Shown here piece by piece: positions 39,116 through 53,218 of a DNA stretch of 64,000 nt. The first letter of the stretch is position 1. Each line of letters begins with the position of its first letter. Under the pieces are notes generated by a model. It did not search any database and was not told the origin of the DNA. It worked only from the letters and a program-made list of their open reading frames with translations. Made by a program: the position numbers and the translations under genes. This DNA comes from Camelus dromedarius (taxonomy: Eukaryota): assembly GCF_036321535.1 (NCBI RefSeq), contig NC_087437.1, forward strand, positions 98,582,001 to 98,646,000, given 5' to 3'.

Positions 39116-42100
39116 GTATGTATTTTATATATATACATATATATAAACATATTATAATATATATACGTAAGTAGTATTATGTTTTAATCCAGGTAAATCT
39201 CAACAAGGAAATTTGGGGGGAAAATGTTATTACAGGCTTTCCAATCCTGTAAGAAATATTCACTCATTGTGTGATCTTGATATTGTTCAGAAATTTTGTT
39301 TCAATGCTTCAGTATAACTCCATATGGAATCACTGCCAGATACAAAGGTGGTTTTTCTATTTTATACGTAAATAATCTCTGTTTCCTTTCTGAGCCAACC
39401 CCCTATCCCAGTGCATTATGTGAAGGGGCAGAAATTGATGTATTATTTTTCTCAGAAGAACTTTAGTGATTTTGAAGTTTATTCAGTTTCTGTCTTATAC
39501 TTTCAATCATCCTTTTGTTCAATTCTCATACCCAAAGGTACTGAATCCATATGACAATAATAACAGACGAATTTATTATACCTTGCTGATTTTAGGGCAT
39601 GGTTTTATAGGTCATCAATATATTTGTTTTAAGAACACAAGTACTACTGGAATGGGGAAAAATTTTTTGAAAATAAATTTGAAAAGAATTTCAGTCATTT
39701 AAAAAATGGACTCTTTATGCAAGTTATGTCCCTATCCCACATACAAAGATATCTTTAATAAGGTGCTTGTTCCTGAGAATCATTATTAAAGGATATCAAA
39801 TTATTCTTTCTCAAGAGTGGTTAAACGTTGCTTCTAGAGTTTGATAATAAAAGCAGGACTATTCATGCATAATAGAATCAGACTTTTTTTTTTTTTTTTT
39901 TTTTAAGGCATGCCTTCCTTTGCTATTCTGGACAGGTGTTTCCATTGTGCGATTTAAACTACAAAAATGGCTCATAATTGCCAACACCTAATTTAACATT
40001 CTGAAGCTAATCATAAAACAACCTCCCCTTTCACAGGAGAGACAAAGTCTCAGCTGGGCTTTAAATCCTGATTATATGACAAGGTTCCAATTGAAATTTT
40101 AGCTATCAACCAAGTGACCTTCAATGACCACAAGCTGGGAAGCTTGGTAACTAATCTAAACAGATCTCTAGGCAAAACCCCCACCCAGCGTAGGTTTGCA
40201 GACTCTTGCATTATTCACCTCATGAAAAGAGACAAGCAGACTATGAAAAGCAAATGATTGTAGCAACCTTCAACCCTTGATTCTTGAAAGGCCAACGGCA
40301 AGCTGTGAAAATATTCGCATAACCCTACTTCCTGTGTGAGGGTTTAGGACACAATAAAATGTTTATATTGTCAGCCCACATATAGCAGTCAGTAACTCCT
40401 TCTGCCTGTAAGAAAGTGTATTTCAAAGAAATATTGTTCACATTAAAATAAAAGAAATCATACCTTCATAGTTACTTGCAGGTCATAATAAATTCATGCT
40501 TCATTTGTTTACTTCCCATAATCCTTTTCAGTTTGAGGGAAGCTTAACTATTAATTATTTTGGTGAAGTTTTCCTTCTCTTCATAGCAAAATTCTTCCAT
40601 AACAAAATTTTATTTTATCTTTACAAGACTTTTTTTTTTTTCCAATTTCATTTAAAAAAAAATCCTGGCATTGTGGTGTGTACTTCATTCTTGTTTTTAA
40701 GTAAGATTGGTAAACACATTGACTCTTAATTGCCAAACCATAAATTTCTTGAGGATAATCCATGTTTTTAAAGCAAGTTTTTATTCCCCAAAGTGATCAC
40801 AAATTTGACACTATTAAACATGTGTTGAATGAATTCAGGTCTTTACTAATGTGATGAATGAATGTATTGATTTTCTCTATGGCTATAGTGATTATATTCC
40901 TGAGGTTTTTCTTCCTGATTTATAACATTATACAATTGTACCAAAGGCATATAATTAAATCACACATAACATACATTTAACAAGGTATTTATCCTATATT
41001 GACTTTAATAGCATTTTATAAAACAAAATGGAAAATACCATAAAAAAATCTGTGTCAAGTAAAGCAATATATTTGTAAGTTTTATTTGGGTGCGCCCAAC
41101 CTTTTTTCTAAGATAGATTTTAGCAGATTTACATTAAAAAGTTCTCTACAATAATATTATTAGAATAAATTAGAAGAAAGAAGATTAAGAAAAAAAGGAA
41201 GAACCAAACAGGCCAACTACAAAGGCCAACCCAGCGGGTACCACTGATCAGAAAAACTGGCTGTGTGTGTTTTTGGCAGTCAAGACAGAATTTAAAAAAA
41301 AAAAAGGAAACACAGTGGGTTTCATAACTCACCAACAGAAAAGAAGAAAATTTACTACTTTCTCAAAGAAGGCACATTTTTTTTTCCTGGTACTAAACTC
41401 AGAACAAGTCCTCATGTGGGTCTTAGGGAACATTGAGTCATTTAAGGGACAATGTCCTTATACCAATTTCACAGCAAATGCAGAAATGGGCCTCATGTGG
41501 CTCTTTCCTGTAAAGGCCTTCCATAAAAGTCAAAAGCATAGCATTAGAACACCAGGGAAGAAGACAGGTTTGAGAAGGACCCAGTGAATAAGATGCCAGA
41601 GTGTGTTAGGTCCTGATCCAAAGGTAGAACTTAGAACGCCGGGAGGAGTGAAATGCTGAAACTGCTTCTTGGTTGATGTTTCCTATTGGTTATAAGCTGG
41701 AGGGCAGAAAATCCTGAAAGTAACCCTCAGGTGTGGGTTTTGGTTGAGGTTTTTATACTTATGGTTAGAAACAGACCAGTAAAGTTTAGAGTCCACATGA
41801 ACAGGTAAAAAGCCAGTCAGTCACTAAAACATTCAGAACTCTGACCAGTGTTGTGGTCCGCATCTCCTCAGCCCACGAGGCCATGGAGTGAGAGGGTGTT
41901 GTTCAACGTGGCTCATCTTCTCCATCTTTTCCATCAAATCACCTCTAACGACAGGATCAAGTGAATCTGTTACCACTAGGATTGGGGATAAATTCCCAAA
42001 GATTTGTGCCATTAAGTCGACAGTCTCTTTAAAATCTCAACTAGAAGTTTCAAAGGCACATACACTATCTTTGCACAAAACACTCTAATTTATTTTCGTA

Positions 42101-42124
42101 TAGAAACAATGAAGCATCAAACGT

Positions 42125-42342
42125 GATGCGGAGCACAGGACTCTCATTCACTGCTGATGGGAAAGCAAAATGGTCCAGACACTTTAGAAAACAGTTGGAA
42201 TTCACTTAGAACTAAACTAAACATACTCTTAACCACACAATCTAGCAACCGAGCTCCTTGGTATTTACCTCAAAGGAGGTGAACACTCGTGTGCACACAA
42301 AAGCATGCACTCCGATGTTTATAGCAAATGTGTTCACAATAC
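42125..42342 (+). mobile_element. Old L1 ORF2 3' fragment (L1MC-like)
   Basis: actctcattcactgctgatgggaaagcaaaatggt ... ctaaacatactctta ... ctccttggtatttacc ... gatgtttatagca. Confidence 0.75.
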
Positions 42343-45319
42343 TATAGAGAAGCCACCATTCTCATTCTCTGCAGGCATTCTGCGTTACTCACCCCGGCTC
42401 AATGACCTTCTCAGAGTCCACTGTTTTCTTCTCCACAACAACTTTACCTCAGGCATATCCCATCATGCCCTCCGAAACATGGCCTATGTCTCCATTACAC
42501 CTTTGCTGCTGTAACTCCCGTGTTTAACCTGCTCAGTTACTCAGTCCTTTCCAGTGCCTATTCTGAGAGGACGTCTTGGGTCAGGTCCTTTTCCTCTTCA
42601 GGCTGTACTGTCATTTCTTGCCAGCCTTGTGTTTGGTGCCCTGACCTGATCCAGGCAGCAGTGGTGGGGTGAACAGGTGTCTGGGGTCTGGAAAACAGAG
42701 CTCCTGCAGGAGCAGTGACACCAGAGAGGGGCTTCTCTTCTGAAGGGTGTGTGCCTGTGATGGGCTTTCTCAGACATGGCCTGTCCACTGCGAAATTGAA
42801 AGAGCTGTCGTATTGTTCTTTTGTACTTTCTTGAAGAACTTCGCTCATTCAGTAAGCACATGTCCTTCCTTTATCAAATATATCTCGGCAAGCCACTATT
42901 AATTTCTCTATGTTATAGAGAGGTGACTTGGTTTCATTGGGCATCCTGTGGCTTGTCTGGTTCCCCAGAGTTCTTAGTCAATATAAAAATGGCCTCTGGG
43001 ATGCACTGAATGAACACTTGAAAACATCCTTAAATGTTGGAATTCGAGCGTTAGTCAGTGTGAATTTTCATGCTGGCTTACTCCTTGTACACTCAGTTTC
43101 TAATTTAAAAAAAAAAAAAAAACTTTCTTTGTTGCCTGAACTTTTCCCACTTTCCAGGCAGCTACAATTTTGCATTTTTCCTCTCCGGCTATATTCTGAG
43201 TTCCTGAGGGCCATCCTTATGCTAGTATCTTAGACTGTCTTTGTTAATGTTCATGTCACACCATCACCGTCACCTGCTTCCTCAACCCCTCCTCCTCCAC
43301 CACTACTAGTTTCAAATGCCCAGGGTCCTGCCACGGTTTTGCTGTTTAAGTGTTTCACCTCCACTTAAGTAGGTGCTAACTTCGTCTAAAGATGACGTTG
43401 CACATGGAGATAGACAAACCAGTCGTAAGAATGAGATGAGAGGTTGTGTCTGTTACTGATTGGAAAAACCTCCTGTGCTTTGGAAGCAATGACTTTTTCA
43501 CTGTTGTTTTGCTTTTGTTTGTGCTCGTGGACTTTTAGCTTCAAGTAATGGAAAAAAAAATACGATTAGAGGTACATGCTTAAATCTGAAACTGTTTTTT
43601 CAGAGGATGATATGCAATTGTACTTTTCTTTAAACAAAACCTCACATTTAGAGGATTATCTTTCATAGATAAATATTTTTAAAAAGTCTTGTTGATAAAA
43701 GTCCTGGAAACCACAAACTTGAGAGGCAAATGCTGCTCCTTTAGTGGGAAGAACAGCATAAAAACTGGTGTCAGATTTCCAGCACGAGCATCGCTTATCT
43801 CGCATATCAGGTGTAAAATGGGAACACAACTGTATCTCTTTAGAGAAAGATGCTTATTTTCCTTGCAAAATTTCTTTAAACTTGTTCTTTGTCTTGTCGT
43901 TTCAGATCATTTTTATTAGATTAGACCTTTCTAGTTCTGCAATTTTGAACAGCAAACTATAAAAACAGTAACTGGAATGAAGCTGTGTGATATCCACTTG
44001 ATTACTTAAACACCGTGTATTGCTGCCTTGCTGGAACACATATAAACTATTTTTATAATCTCAAGATTTCAAAAGCTATAGTATTTTGTAATGAATCCTT
44101 GACATGCATCTACAGATGCATGACATATATATTTATAACTACTTATATAATTACATATATAATTAATTATATTATAACTAAAATATACGTCTTCCTCTTT
44201 TTTGTGGTGCTAAATATTTTTTTTGTTGTTCTACTTGCATGTTTTTATTTTAATACTTACTGGCTTGTATAACTTTATCAGCATTTGCCAAAATATTACA
44301 ACTTCAAGGGTATTACTGATATGGTATGTGATCAAGGAAATACTATATTTAAAATTAAAACCGTCTTGGAAATTCTGACATATGTAATACATTTTAACAA
44401 TGAATTAAAAATCAAGAGTTTAAAAGATACATCACTTTCGAAACGGGTTGCTGTGAGTGAAATCACACACACCACAGCACTAGTTTATAATAGGGTGACC
44501 TCATTTTAATTATTTTCAGAATATGAATTAAGCCATTATGGGTGATCTTTGTAAGAATAGGTCTAGGAAAGATGGAAAACATTTTTATAGCCTTGGAATA
44601 AAGGGATGTGGTCATTTGGAAATGCATCATTAAAGATTTAATCCCAAATACAATATGGGAAGGCAATTCCACAGACGTTTTCCAGAAGAAATACAGAAGA
44701 TGTAAGGTCAGGAAGGAGGAGAGAAAGAGGTTTAAAACAAGGCACATCTGGGGCTGTTAAGAACAATCAGAAGCCATAATATAAAGAGGACAAAAGGGGA
44801 AATGCGCTTCAGTCGTCTCCACAGCCATCTGGCTCAACGGACTCTAAATATTGAACAAGTACTGTTTCAAAGGCTTCTTTTTTCTCTCTCTGACCTCGGC
44901 TACTAGGAAACTACAGTTTATACAAAGTCAACCTTTTTGTGGAATCCCCGTTAATTCAGGGGTGATACATGTTTGAAAAATTTCCAACTTATGTTAGTCT
45001 CAGCTTTCTACTTAGTGGATACTCAATGCCCAAGACAATATACGATTCACTAAAATTACAAATAGATTGTCATCTTATTTTTGTGTGTGTGATTTTTCTA
45101 TAAACAATCAGTAATCAGCTGAATTCCTGAGTGAATAGTTAAAACAAATACATACCTGATGGTTGTTTTTGATATTCAGGATGAAAACCAAAATGTATGT
45201 GTGTGTATGTGTTTGTGTGTGTGTTTAATCCATAAAGGAAAAGGGTCGATTTTCCTTGGGAGGAAAAACCCAAATTCTTATTTTAGTAAAAATAATGTGA
45301 ACTAAACATATGAGAATAC

Positions 45320-45830
45320 TTTTTAAAAATAATCAATAGATTTATTTTTAGTACAGTTTTAGATTTACAGAATAATTTGAGTAGATAATGCAAAGAATTC
45401 CTTTACCCCTCCCACCCCTCACAATTTTCCTTGTTATTAACATCTTGCATTAGTGTAGTATATTTGCTACTGTTAAATGAGTATTGATGCATTACTAACT
45501 ATAGTCCATCGTTTTTTATTAAGGTTCACACTTTGTGTTGTAGCGTTCCATGGCTTTGACAAATGCAAAATGGCATGAATTCATTAGTTTCATACAGAAT
45601 AATTTCACCGTCCTAAAAATTCCCTGTGCTCTACCTGCCCTCCCTTTGAACACCTGGCAACCACTGACCTTATTGTCTTTATAGTTTTGTCTTTCCCAGA
45701 ATGTCATATAGTTGGAACCATACAGTATGTAGCCTTTTCAGACTGGCTTCTTTAACTTAGCAATAAGCATATAAGGCTTCCCCATGTCTTTTCATGGCTT
45801 CATATCTCATTTCTTACTAACACTGAATAG
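45320..45830 (-). mobile_element. L1MC1-like 3' end
   Basis: cagttttagatttacagaa, ttattaacatcttgcattagtgt, ggttcacactttgtgttgta, ccagaatgtcatatagttggaa, cttttcagactggcttcttt. Confidence 0.85.
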
Positions 45831-47759
45831 TTTTTTACATATGCAAAAGTTCCATAACCAAATATTAGACTGAAAAGTAAGGAGACTTAAAAATGTATCC
45901 TTACATAAAATTAAATATTAAATAATTGTCTATTTCAGATGCACAGTTTCCAACAATCACTAGGCTCAACAAAATTCCTTTTATTTGTCAAAATGTATAA
46001 GCCTCATTTGTATTTTCCAATACTGCTAAATTGCCTCTAAGTCATGCGCAATTCCTTTCTTCCCCATCTATAACACTTGGACCATCTGCTAGTGTTCCGT
46101 AGGCTCATATACCCATAAACCGGAAAAGCTGGCTGACAATCAATATTCCATGGATCCCCAAAACCATGAGAATTGGTCCTCCTCTCCCTGTCCTTCCAAA
46201 TTGCTTCCTCCTCTTTCCTGCATACCCCTGACTTAGATATTAATAATTTAATTTATCAGATTTTTTTTTCTTTGGTGGGAGCTGAATAACCATGAAACTG
46301 CAGAGCATTTCTCTGTGGTAGTTTCTCTGCATCTCATCTTATCTGTGGTTGGCAATGAGTTGTTTCTAGAGCCCTCTACAAATATCAGTTTCCATTGGAA
46401 CGAAAAACACAAAAAATTAAACAAACCAACAAAGGGAATTGGGAAAACTTAACTTTTCATTGGTTCTAATGTCTCTTCTTTTCTAATATGTACTCAAATC
46501 ATGATTACTTAAGTGAGCATTTTGACCTAGAATAAAAATAAGTTTTAAAAATAATCTATTTCATATACTTATGATCTAAACCACACACAGTAGTAGTTTT
46601 TGTTTTCACTAAAAGGAACCAGGCTGTTGTACAAGTATTTCTTGAACATATGTTTGAGAAAGCCATTGCAATGATCTAGGCAAGACTGCTTTATAAACAT
46701 GAAAGACTGGAATAAATTTTGCATACTAGAAAATATAATTGAATAGAATAATTCAAAGTTCATCTTTCTTCTAAATAATATGCTTAAACAAAAAGACATC
46801 TTGTAAAATGCCTTAGATCCAATATGCTTGGTCTGCTTCCTTTTTCTAGGAACCATATTGATTGCAGTTTTAGAAAGAAAGCCATTTAAACAAAATCAAT
46901 TAAAACAATATTAAGAAGGTCACACACATATTTATAAAAATCAAATGATCTGTTAATTAAAAAGTGCAACCCATTAGTAACATTGAAGCTTAAAATTTCC
47001 ACGGCAACAGTTAAAAAAAAAATTAGCAGCACACATTTTATTTACTTTGCAAAAGAGATAGACAGATAGTAAAATAGACTGATGACCCAACACAGGGTGG
47101 ATTCATAGTCATATGCTTAAGCTGGTAAATTGAGAGAAGTGTCAGCAAGATTGGCTGGGAAAATACAGACTTGAAGTCACAGCACAGTCATGTAACAGTC
47201 ATGGCTATTACATTGGAAAAATACATGTTATACTAAATAATCTACTTCCATGTGCTCTTACAAGTTTGTAAATTTCCACATCTCTACATATGCAAACATC
47301 TGTTATTTCTACAAATATGAACTCGCCTCCACAGTATTACATTTATTCCATTTCTTTGAGTTGACTGCTGGGAATACTGAATTCTTCTTCTCATCTTTGG
47401 CATTATTTTTAACAATATAATTGCCCTGGCCACTACCAAGTCATTTTCAAGTCTTTCTCACCCACCTCTGTTTTTAAGTCCTTTGTATGCATTATAAGTA
47501 GTGAAATAATAGTTTCATCTATTTCTTTATCTTTTTTTTCGTCATTTTCAATTATTGTCATCCTACCCCAGACAACCACAAATTGTATTCAGATTTCATC
47601 TGACCATAATTCATAACAGTCAAGTGTACAAATAATTCAACACATGTGTGTCTACAACATATATTCTAAATATGGTTTGTTTAATAGTAATAAAAATGAA
47701 TATGAACAAATCAATGATGCCTTTATTGTGGAAAAATCATCAATATGAAGATAATAATT

Positions 47760-49130
47760 TGCTTCACAGTCTGAACCCTCAGGAGGCATATGAGTTATGG
47801 GGGAGATGTTATGATAGATGAAATTATAACAAACAACACAGGTTACGGATAATCAGTGCTTAGAAAGTGATGCGGGCCAAAGAGGCAGAGGCGGGCAGGA
47901 GAGGGAGAGACCATTTAGCATTGGATGATTAATGTAAATCTTGACGAAGGAGGTGGGGTTTGGTCTGGGTCCTGAAGGATGGATGAGATTTGAATAGTGG
48001 AAGGAAGGAGGAAAAGGGGTTCCCAGCAATGAGAACAGAGTGAACTAAAGCAGAGAGAGTGAAAGTCCAATGTGTCCTGGGGACACTGAAGGGACATGAA
48101 CAGAAAGTTCATGTAAGGCTCTGGTGAGAGTTAAGGTTGCAAAGACAGACTATGACTAGATTTTGGCAAATTCTTTATTTCAGGCTAAATGGTCCTAATT
48201 ATGGGCACTGGATGATCATCTTGTGGGGTGGCAGCAAGAGAATGGATGCTTTTTGGGCAGATGAATCTGACAGTAGTAGGTAGGCTCTCTGCAGGGGAGG
48301 CTGGAGGCAGGGTAATCAGTCAGTGGAGCTATGGAAGTCAGGAAGACGGAATCGTTGGGGAGGAGGTAAGGCGGAGATGGTCTAGCGATGGTTAGTTTTA
48401 TCTATTTTTAATTTTTAAATTTATTTTTATTCAAGTATAGTCAGTTACAATGTGTCAACTTCTAGTGTACAGTATAATGTCCCAGTCATGCATATATATA
48501 CGTATATTCATTTTCATATTCTCTTCATTAAAGGTTATTACAAGATATTGAACATAGTTCCCTGTGCTATACAGAAAAAAATTTTTTTAATCTATTTTAA
48601 CATATAGTGGTTAATATTTGCAAATCTCAAACTCCCAAATTTAGCCCCTCCCACCCTCTTTCCCTCAGTAACCATAAGACCGTTTGCTATGTCTGTGAAT
48701 GTGTTTGTGTTTCGTAGATGAGTTCATTAGTGTCCTCTTTTATTCTTTTTCTTTGTTTCTAATGTTGAATGTGAGGTGGTCAAGTAGTCAGTTGAAGTGG
48801 AAATATTCATTTGAAAATGGTCTTTAGGAGAAAGAATGTTAGATTTCAGAGTCATTCCAATTAGGAAATTTTGACTAAATGCCTCTGCCTCCTTACAGGT
48901 CTACAATGAAGTCATTGAAGGTAATGACCAGTCAAACAGATGGCAGCTTTAAGAGAGAAAAAAATATGAAGAACAAAATTGGAGAGAAGGTTAAGGACTG
49001 AGTCTTAGGCATCCCTGTCTTCTCTTGGGAAGAGAAACTGTAAAAGGAAATAAGACATTGTTAGACAAGTTAGGTGGACCAGAAGAATGTAGCATTCTAG
49101 AAGCTAAGGGAAAAAGATTGGTAAACCCAG
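47760..49130 (-). mobile_element. L2 fragment interrupted by a younger L1
   Basis: tgggtcctgaaggatggatgagattt ... gggttcccagcaatgagaacag; resumes after the L1 with atgttgaatgtgagg ... ggactgagtcttaggcatccc ... tagcattctagaagctaaggg. Confidence 0.65.
48400..48745 (-). mobile_element. Camelid-type L1 3' end inserted in L2
   Basis: aagtatagtcagttacaatgtgtcaa, ggttattacaagatattgaacatagttccctgtgctataca, tgcaaatctcaaactccca. Confidence 0.88.
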
Positions 49131-50019
49131 TTAATACTAATATCCACCTCTCAGAGATTAAGGCAGAACATTTGTTTAGTCCTGATTTTTCACCACATAG
49201 TTCACACATCACTAGGAAGTGCTTCATGTAACTGAATATACTCTTCCTCTGCCAGCAAGTACCAACATACCCTGTGAACTGTTGCAGAGTGATTTACAGT
49301 GTAAATAGGACCTGGAAAACTTGTTTTCCTTTTGCTTGTGGAGAGGCTTCAGTCAAGACATTCAAAAGCATAACCACATGGCATGAAAAACTCTCCAGCC
49401 AAGTTTTCTTCCCTTTCTTATTTTGCTAATTCCAGAAATCAGCTATTAATCACAGAGACAACAATAAAACATAATCAGATCTTTTTAAACCCCTAAATCC
49501 AAAATGATTAACAATTTGCTGAGGCAGCTTTCTGTCCGTGTATGCCCAGATGTAGATGTTAGTTCTGATAAGAGGGGAGGACATCCGTTCAGCTCTGCGT
49601 AAAGAGATTGCTCTTGGCACTCCAGACTGAGGCCCCTGTGCACACTAGCAACAGAGGGAACAGGCAGGAAGAGAAAGGACATTTGGATTCTGTTGTACTG
49701 GACACTGTGCAATATGATTACTGGGATTGACCCCATTTGTTGGGCCCAGAATAGTAACCACTGTAATAAACTGTCAGACTTCAGAGTGCAATGTACAATA
49801 CTAGCTAAGAGGCCGCTGCTTCTTAGAATAATGTATTCTTCCTGTGGGTTAAAGGTAAGTGGGGGAAAATTGCTGAGGTTAAATGACCATCACTTTGCCC
49901 TGATGACTTAGAAACTAGAGGAGGGTTGTTACTGGGCATCTCTCCTGCTAACGCTGCTAAATCCAGATGAGAACTTGGGAGACTTGTTACATAACTGAGC
50001 CACCAGCACAGCCCAGCTG

Positions 50020-50160
50020 GGAAAATCCTGGACCAGTTCCAGTCCTCCTCCTGCCTCTGGCTCAGCTGTGTGATCCTGAGTAAGTCACTGAACCTTCAGC
50101 TTTCTCAGGAAAGAAAGAGATGTGTCTAATCCACGATAAAACCTAGGATTCTTTTAAAAT
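50020..50160 (+). mobile_element. MIR fragment
   Basis: agttccagtcctcctcctgcc ... agctgtgtgatcctgagtaagtcactgaacct. Confidence 0.6.
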
Positions 50161-50415
50161 GTAGACAGCACCGTGGGGATGGGTAGTTATAAAAAGTGCT
50201 CCTGGCTCTAGGAAATGCATACTTATTTTCTTCTAGGTTTATTTTAGATTGGTAATTAAGAATATATATATAAATTTGAAAGACCTCTTGAAACAGAAAA
50301 TTTCCATTTCTAGGAAATGAACATGGTACCAAACTCTGCAACCTGATTTCTCACCATGATCCCATAGCTTCCTACATGGCCTTTCCATGCTCTTTGTTTA
50401 CTTATTTATTTATTG

Positions 50416-50502
50416 TCTCCTTCCTTCCTTCCTTCCTTCCTTCCTTCCTTCCTTCCTTCCTTCCTTCCTTCCTTCCTCTCTTTTCCTTTCTCTCTCTCTC
50501 TT
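50416..50502. repeat. (CCTT)n/(CT)n polypyrimidine microsatellite
   Basis: Direct inspection. Confidence 0.95.
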
Positions 50503-52599
50503 GCTCTTAGTCTCCCTCTCCCCCTTTCTGCTATAAAATAATTTCTATTTTCAAACCAAAGAGATTTTTTGTTTTATCTAAGTGACTAAAAAGAAAGAAA
50601 GAAACTTCTTTGGGATAAATTCTGAACAGCAGAAGTAGTTTGATAAAAGGCAGGTCCAGGAAAGACTGGTTTGGGTCAAGTGAGCATCACACAGGAATTG
50701 CCTGGGATTTAGTTTGGGGCTAAAAACTGGTAGAAAAAGAATAACAACATATAGCACATCCAGATTTGGAAAGGACTTTTCTCATTAGCTGGAAGTTACT
50801 AACAGTGCTGCTAACAGAAAATGGAAATGTTAATTTGGAATATAATAAATGATAGAAAATATGAAAACTTCAAAAAACTGTATAAATCTGCTAACTACAG
50901 AGTGTTCATCAGAACTAACAGAGATTTGGAAACTTAGAAAAAAGCATATTCATTCCTAAGTAGTAGGAGATACATTTATGTAGAAGAATATTAATTAGAG
51001 AGAGTTACAATTGCATGATTTATTGAATATGAAGCAAACTTGAAATAAGATGATCCCTCATTTTCCAAAAGATCTTAAAAGGAGGCCTTTTTTTTTTGTT
51101 TGTCTGTTTGTTTTGTTGTTGTGGTTGTTTTTTAGTTTATTTGTTTTGTTTTGCATTGTTTGTTAACTTGAATATACATACTTTTAGGGATGTAGTTTAA
51201 AGAGCTATTTATAAAATTTACTTATTTTCTTTGGTTACACACAACTTAAAAATCACATATTATTTTAAATGATACAGTAATTAACAAACATTGCTATTTT
51301 TCATGATCTCATTCTATGAAACAGTTATAGCAAAACTCCTCACTTGCATAAACACTTTATAATGCCTAAATATAGTGAAAGTGTGTTCTGAAAATTATAG
51401 GTTATACATCAGTGTCTTTTTTATAACTAGAACCACTTTTATAATCATTTAAACCAAAGAACTTATCCCCTTCCCTTTTATCTAAGTTGTTGGAGATATA
51501 AATCTTTCACAGCTTGTGGGTTAGGTGGTCACTGAAAATTTTACCCCAAGCAACAAATATCCATTTGGTAGTCTCATTTCAACAACTCAGTTATTATGCT
51601 TTACTTTTTACAGTGATATATAAAAGGTGTGTTTACATCCAACACTTGTGATTATCAGGCCATACTCTAGCAGTAATTATTAAGTGTGTGTAAATTTATT
51701 TTCCACCTTTTTTTTATTTTTTTCATTTTCGACCTTTTAAACATTTCATTCCATTGATTTTGGATTAGTGTACCTTTCCCAAATAGAATTTTGTTGTTAA
51801 AATAATAGGACTCTATTTTAAATGACAGATTCTGTGAGATGACTTTTTTGTTTCTGAAGGATAATTTTGGAGAAAACAACTTTCCTGATATTCAAGCATC
51901 TATGGTACTCGTGCTTTTTAATGCCTGGGTCCATTGAGAGTGATGTAGTAAGAGTAATATTTCAGAAATACTTCTGAAGTACGTACCCTCTTTCTAGTAG
52001 CCACTTTCATTCTCTGCGGCTCTGCAGTGAACAATGAGATAGAGAGGGGGAGGGTGACCGCCCAGGACTGAAGAAGGAGGCGTATAAGGAAGCTCCTACC
52101 AGCTGGGAGAAGAACTGGAAAGATCTTCTGATTCTAGAGAAAGGTAAAGAAGAAGGTGAGAGTGAGACGCAGGTAATGACAGGAGTAAGACGTGAGGGTT
52201 CTCTTGCTTCCACTGTTTGGCTAAAACCCAAAGACAGGAGGGCACAGAAATACTCAGACAGGTTTGGGGCATATCCTGCGGGAGACATCAAGTCTCTCGG
52301 AGAAGCTGTCTCTTGGGAGCCACATTCAATATGACACCAGGCATTAAAATAGAAAAAGCCAAGGGAAGTGAGCTGGAGGAAATCTTTACAGAGTTCTGTG
52401 AGCTTCAGGTGAGTGTGAGGGACAGTGACAAAGAGTTCCATGTGGAAATGAAGAAGAGTTGAGGAAATCTTTCCCACTACCTGTGGGAATAGGATCTTCT
52501 GATCAAAATATGAACTGTTTTAGAAATAGAGAAAACCCAATTTATATTTTTATGTCTGAATTATCGAGTTTTAATACTTCAACCTAATTTATACATTGA

Positions 52600-53004
52600 G
52601 GTATCAGTCAGGAGAGTTCAGGTTCTGCTGCAATAACAAGCAACCCCCAAATCTCAGTACCTTAAAACAGCAAAGGTAGATTTCTCACTCATGCTATGTG
52701 CATGAGAGTTGGCAGGGACTGCTCTTTACTGCAGCTACTCAGAGAAAAGAAATCCAAGCTGATGGAACATGGACCATCTCAACCAACTGTGACAGGGGCA
52801 AAAAGAGCACAGTCAGTTGTGTAGGTTGCTCTCAAACTTCTGCTTTGAAGTGACATGTGTTCCTTGCACTCAAATTTTATTGGCCAAAGCAAGTTACATG
52901 GTCATGTCTAATGCACCTAATATCGAGGGTGCACAGAAGTGCAATTTTACCTTAAGCCTTTGAGGAGAAACAGAAATAGTTGAACAGCGCTAATAGCCAC
53001 CATA
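52600..53004 (-). mobile_element. MaLR solo LTR (MLT1H/I/J-like)
   Basis: ggttctgctgcaataacaa ... cccaaatctcagt ... ttattggccaaagcaagttacatgg ... gaagtgcaatt. Confidence 0.8.
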
Positions 53005-53218
53005 ATTTTTAAGCCCTTTGTAACCTGAATTATGATTTCAACATGGAAAATCATCTAACCAGGACCAGATGTGAGAAATACAAAAAATAGCAGTGACTAA
53101 AATTTCAGCAAAATTAACATATTGTTTACAATGTGTGCCACCATTTTCTCATCTTTCTTAATACAGTAGCAACCATACAGCTCAGAGTTCAGTCAAACCA
53201 AGGCAGTTTACTCTAGAT

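Noticed and set aside
52007..52477. Overlapping ORFs (156 aa minus, 81 aa plus) with a consensus donor cag|gtgagt near 52408
   Set aside because: No protein similarity I can recognise. The purine-rich sequence looks more like a decayed LTR (possibly Gypsy-type), but too weakly to call.
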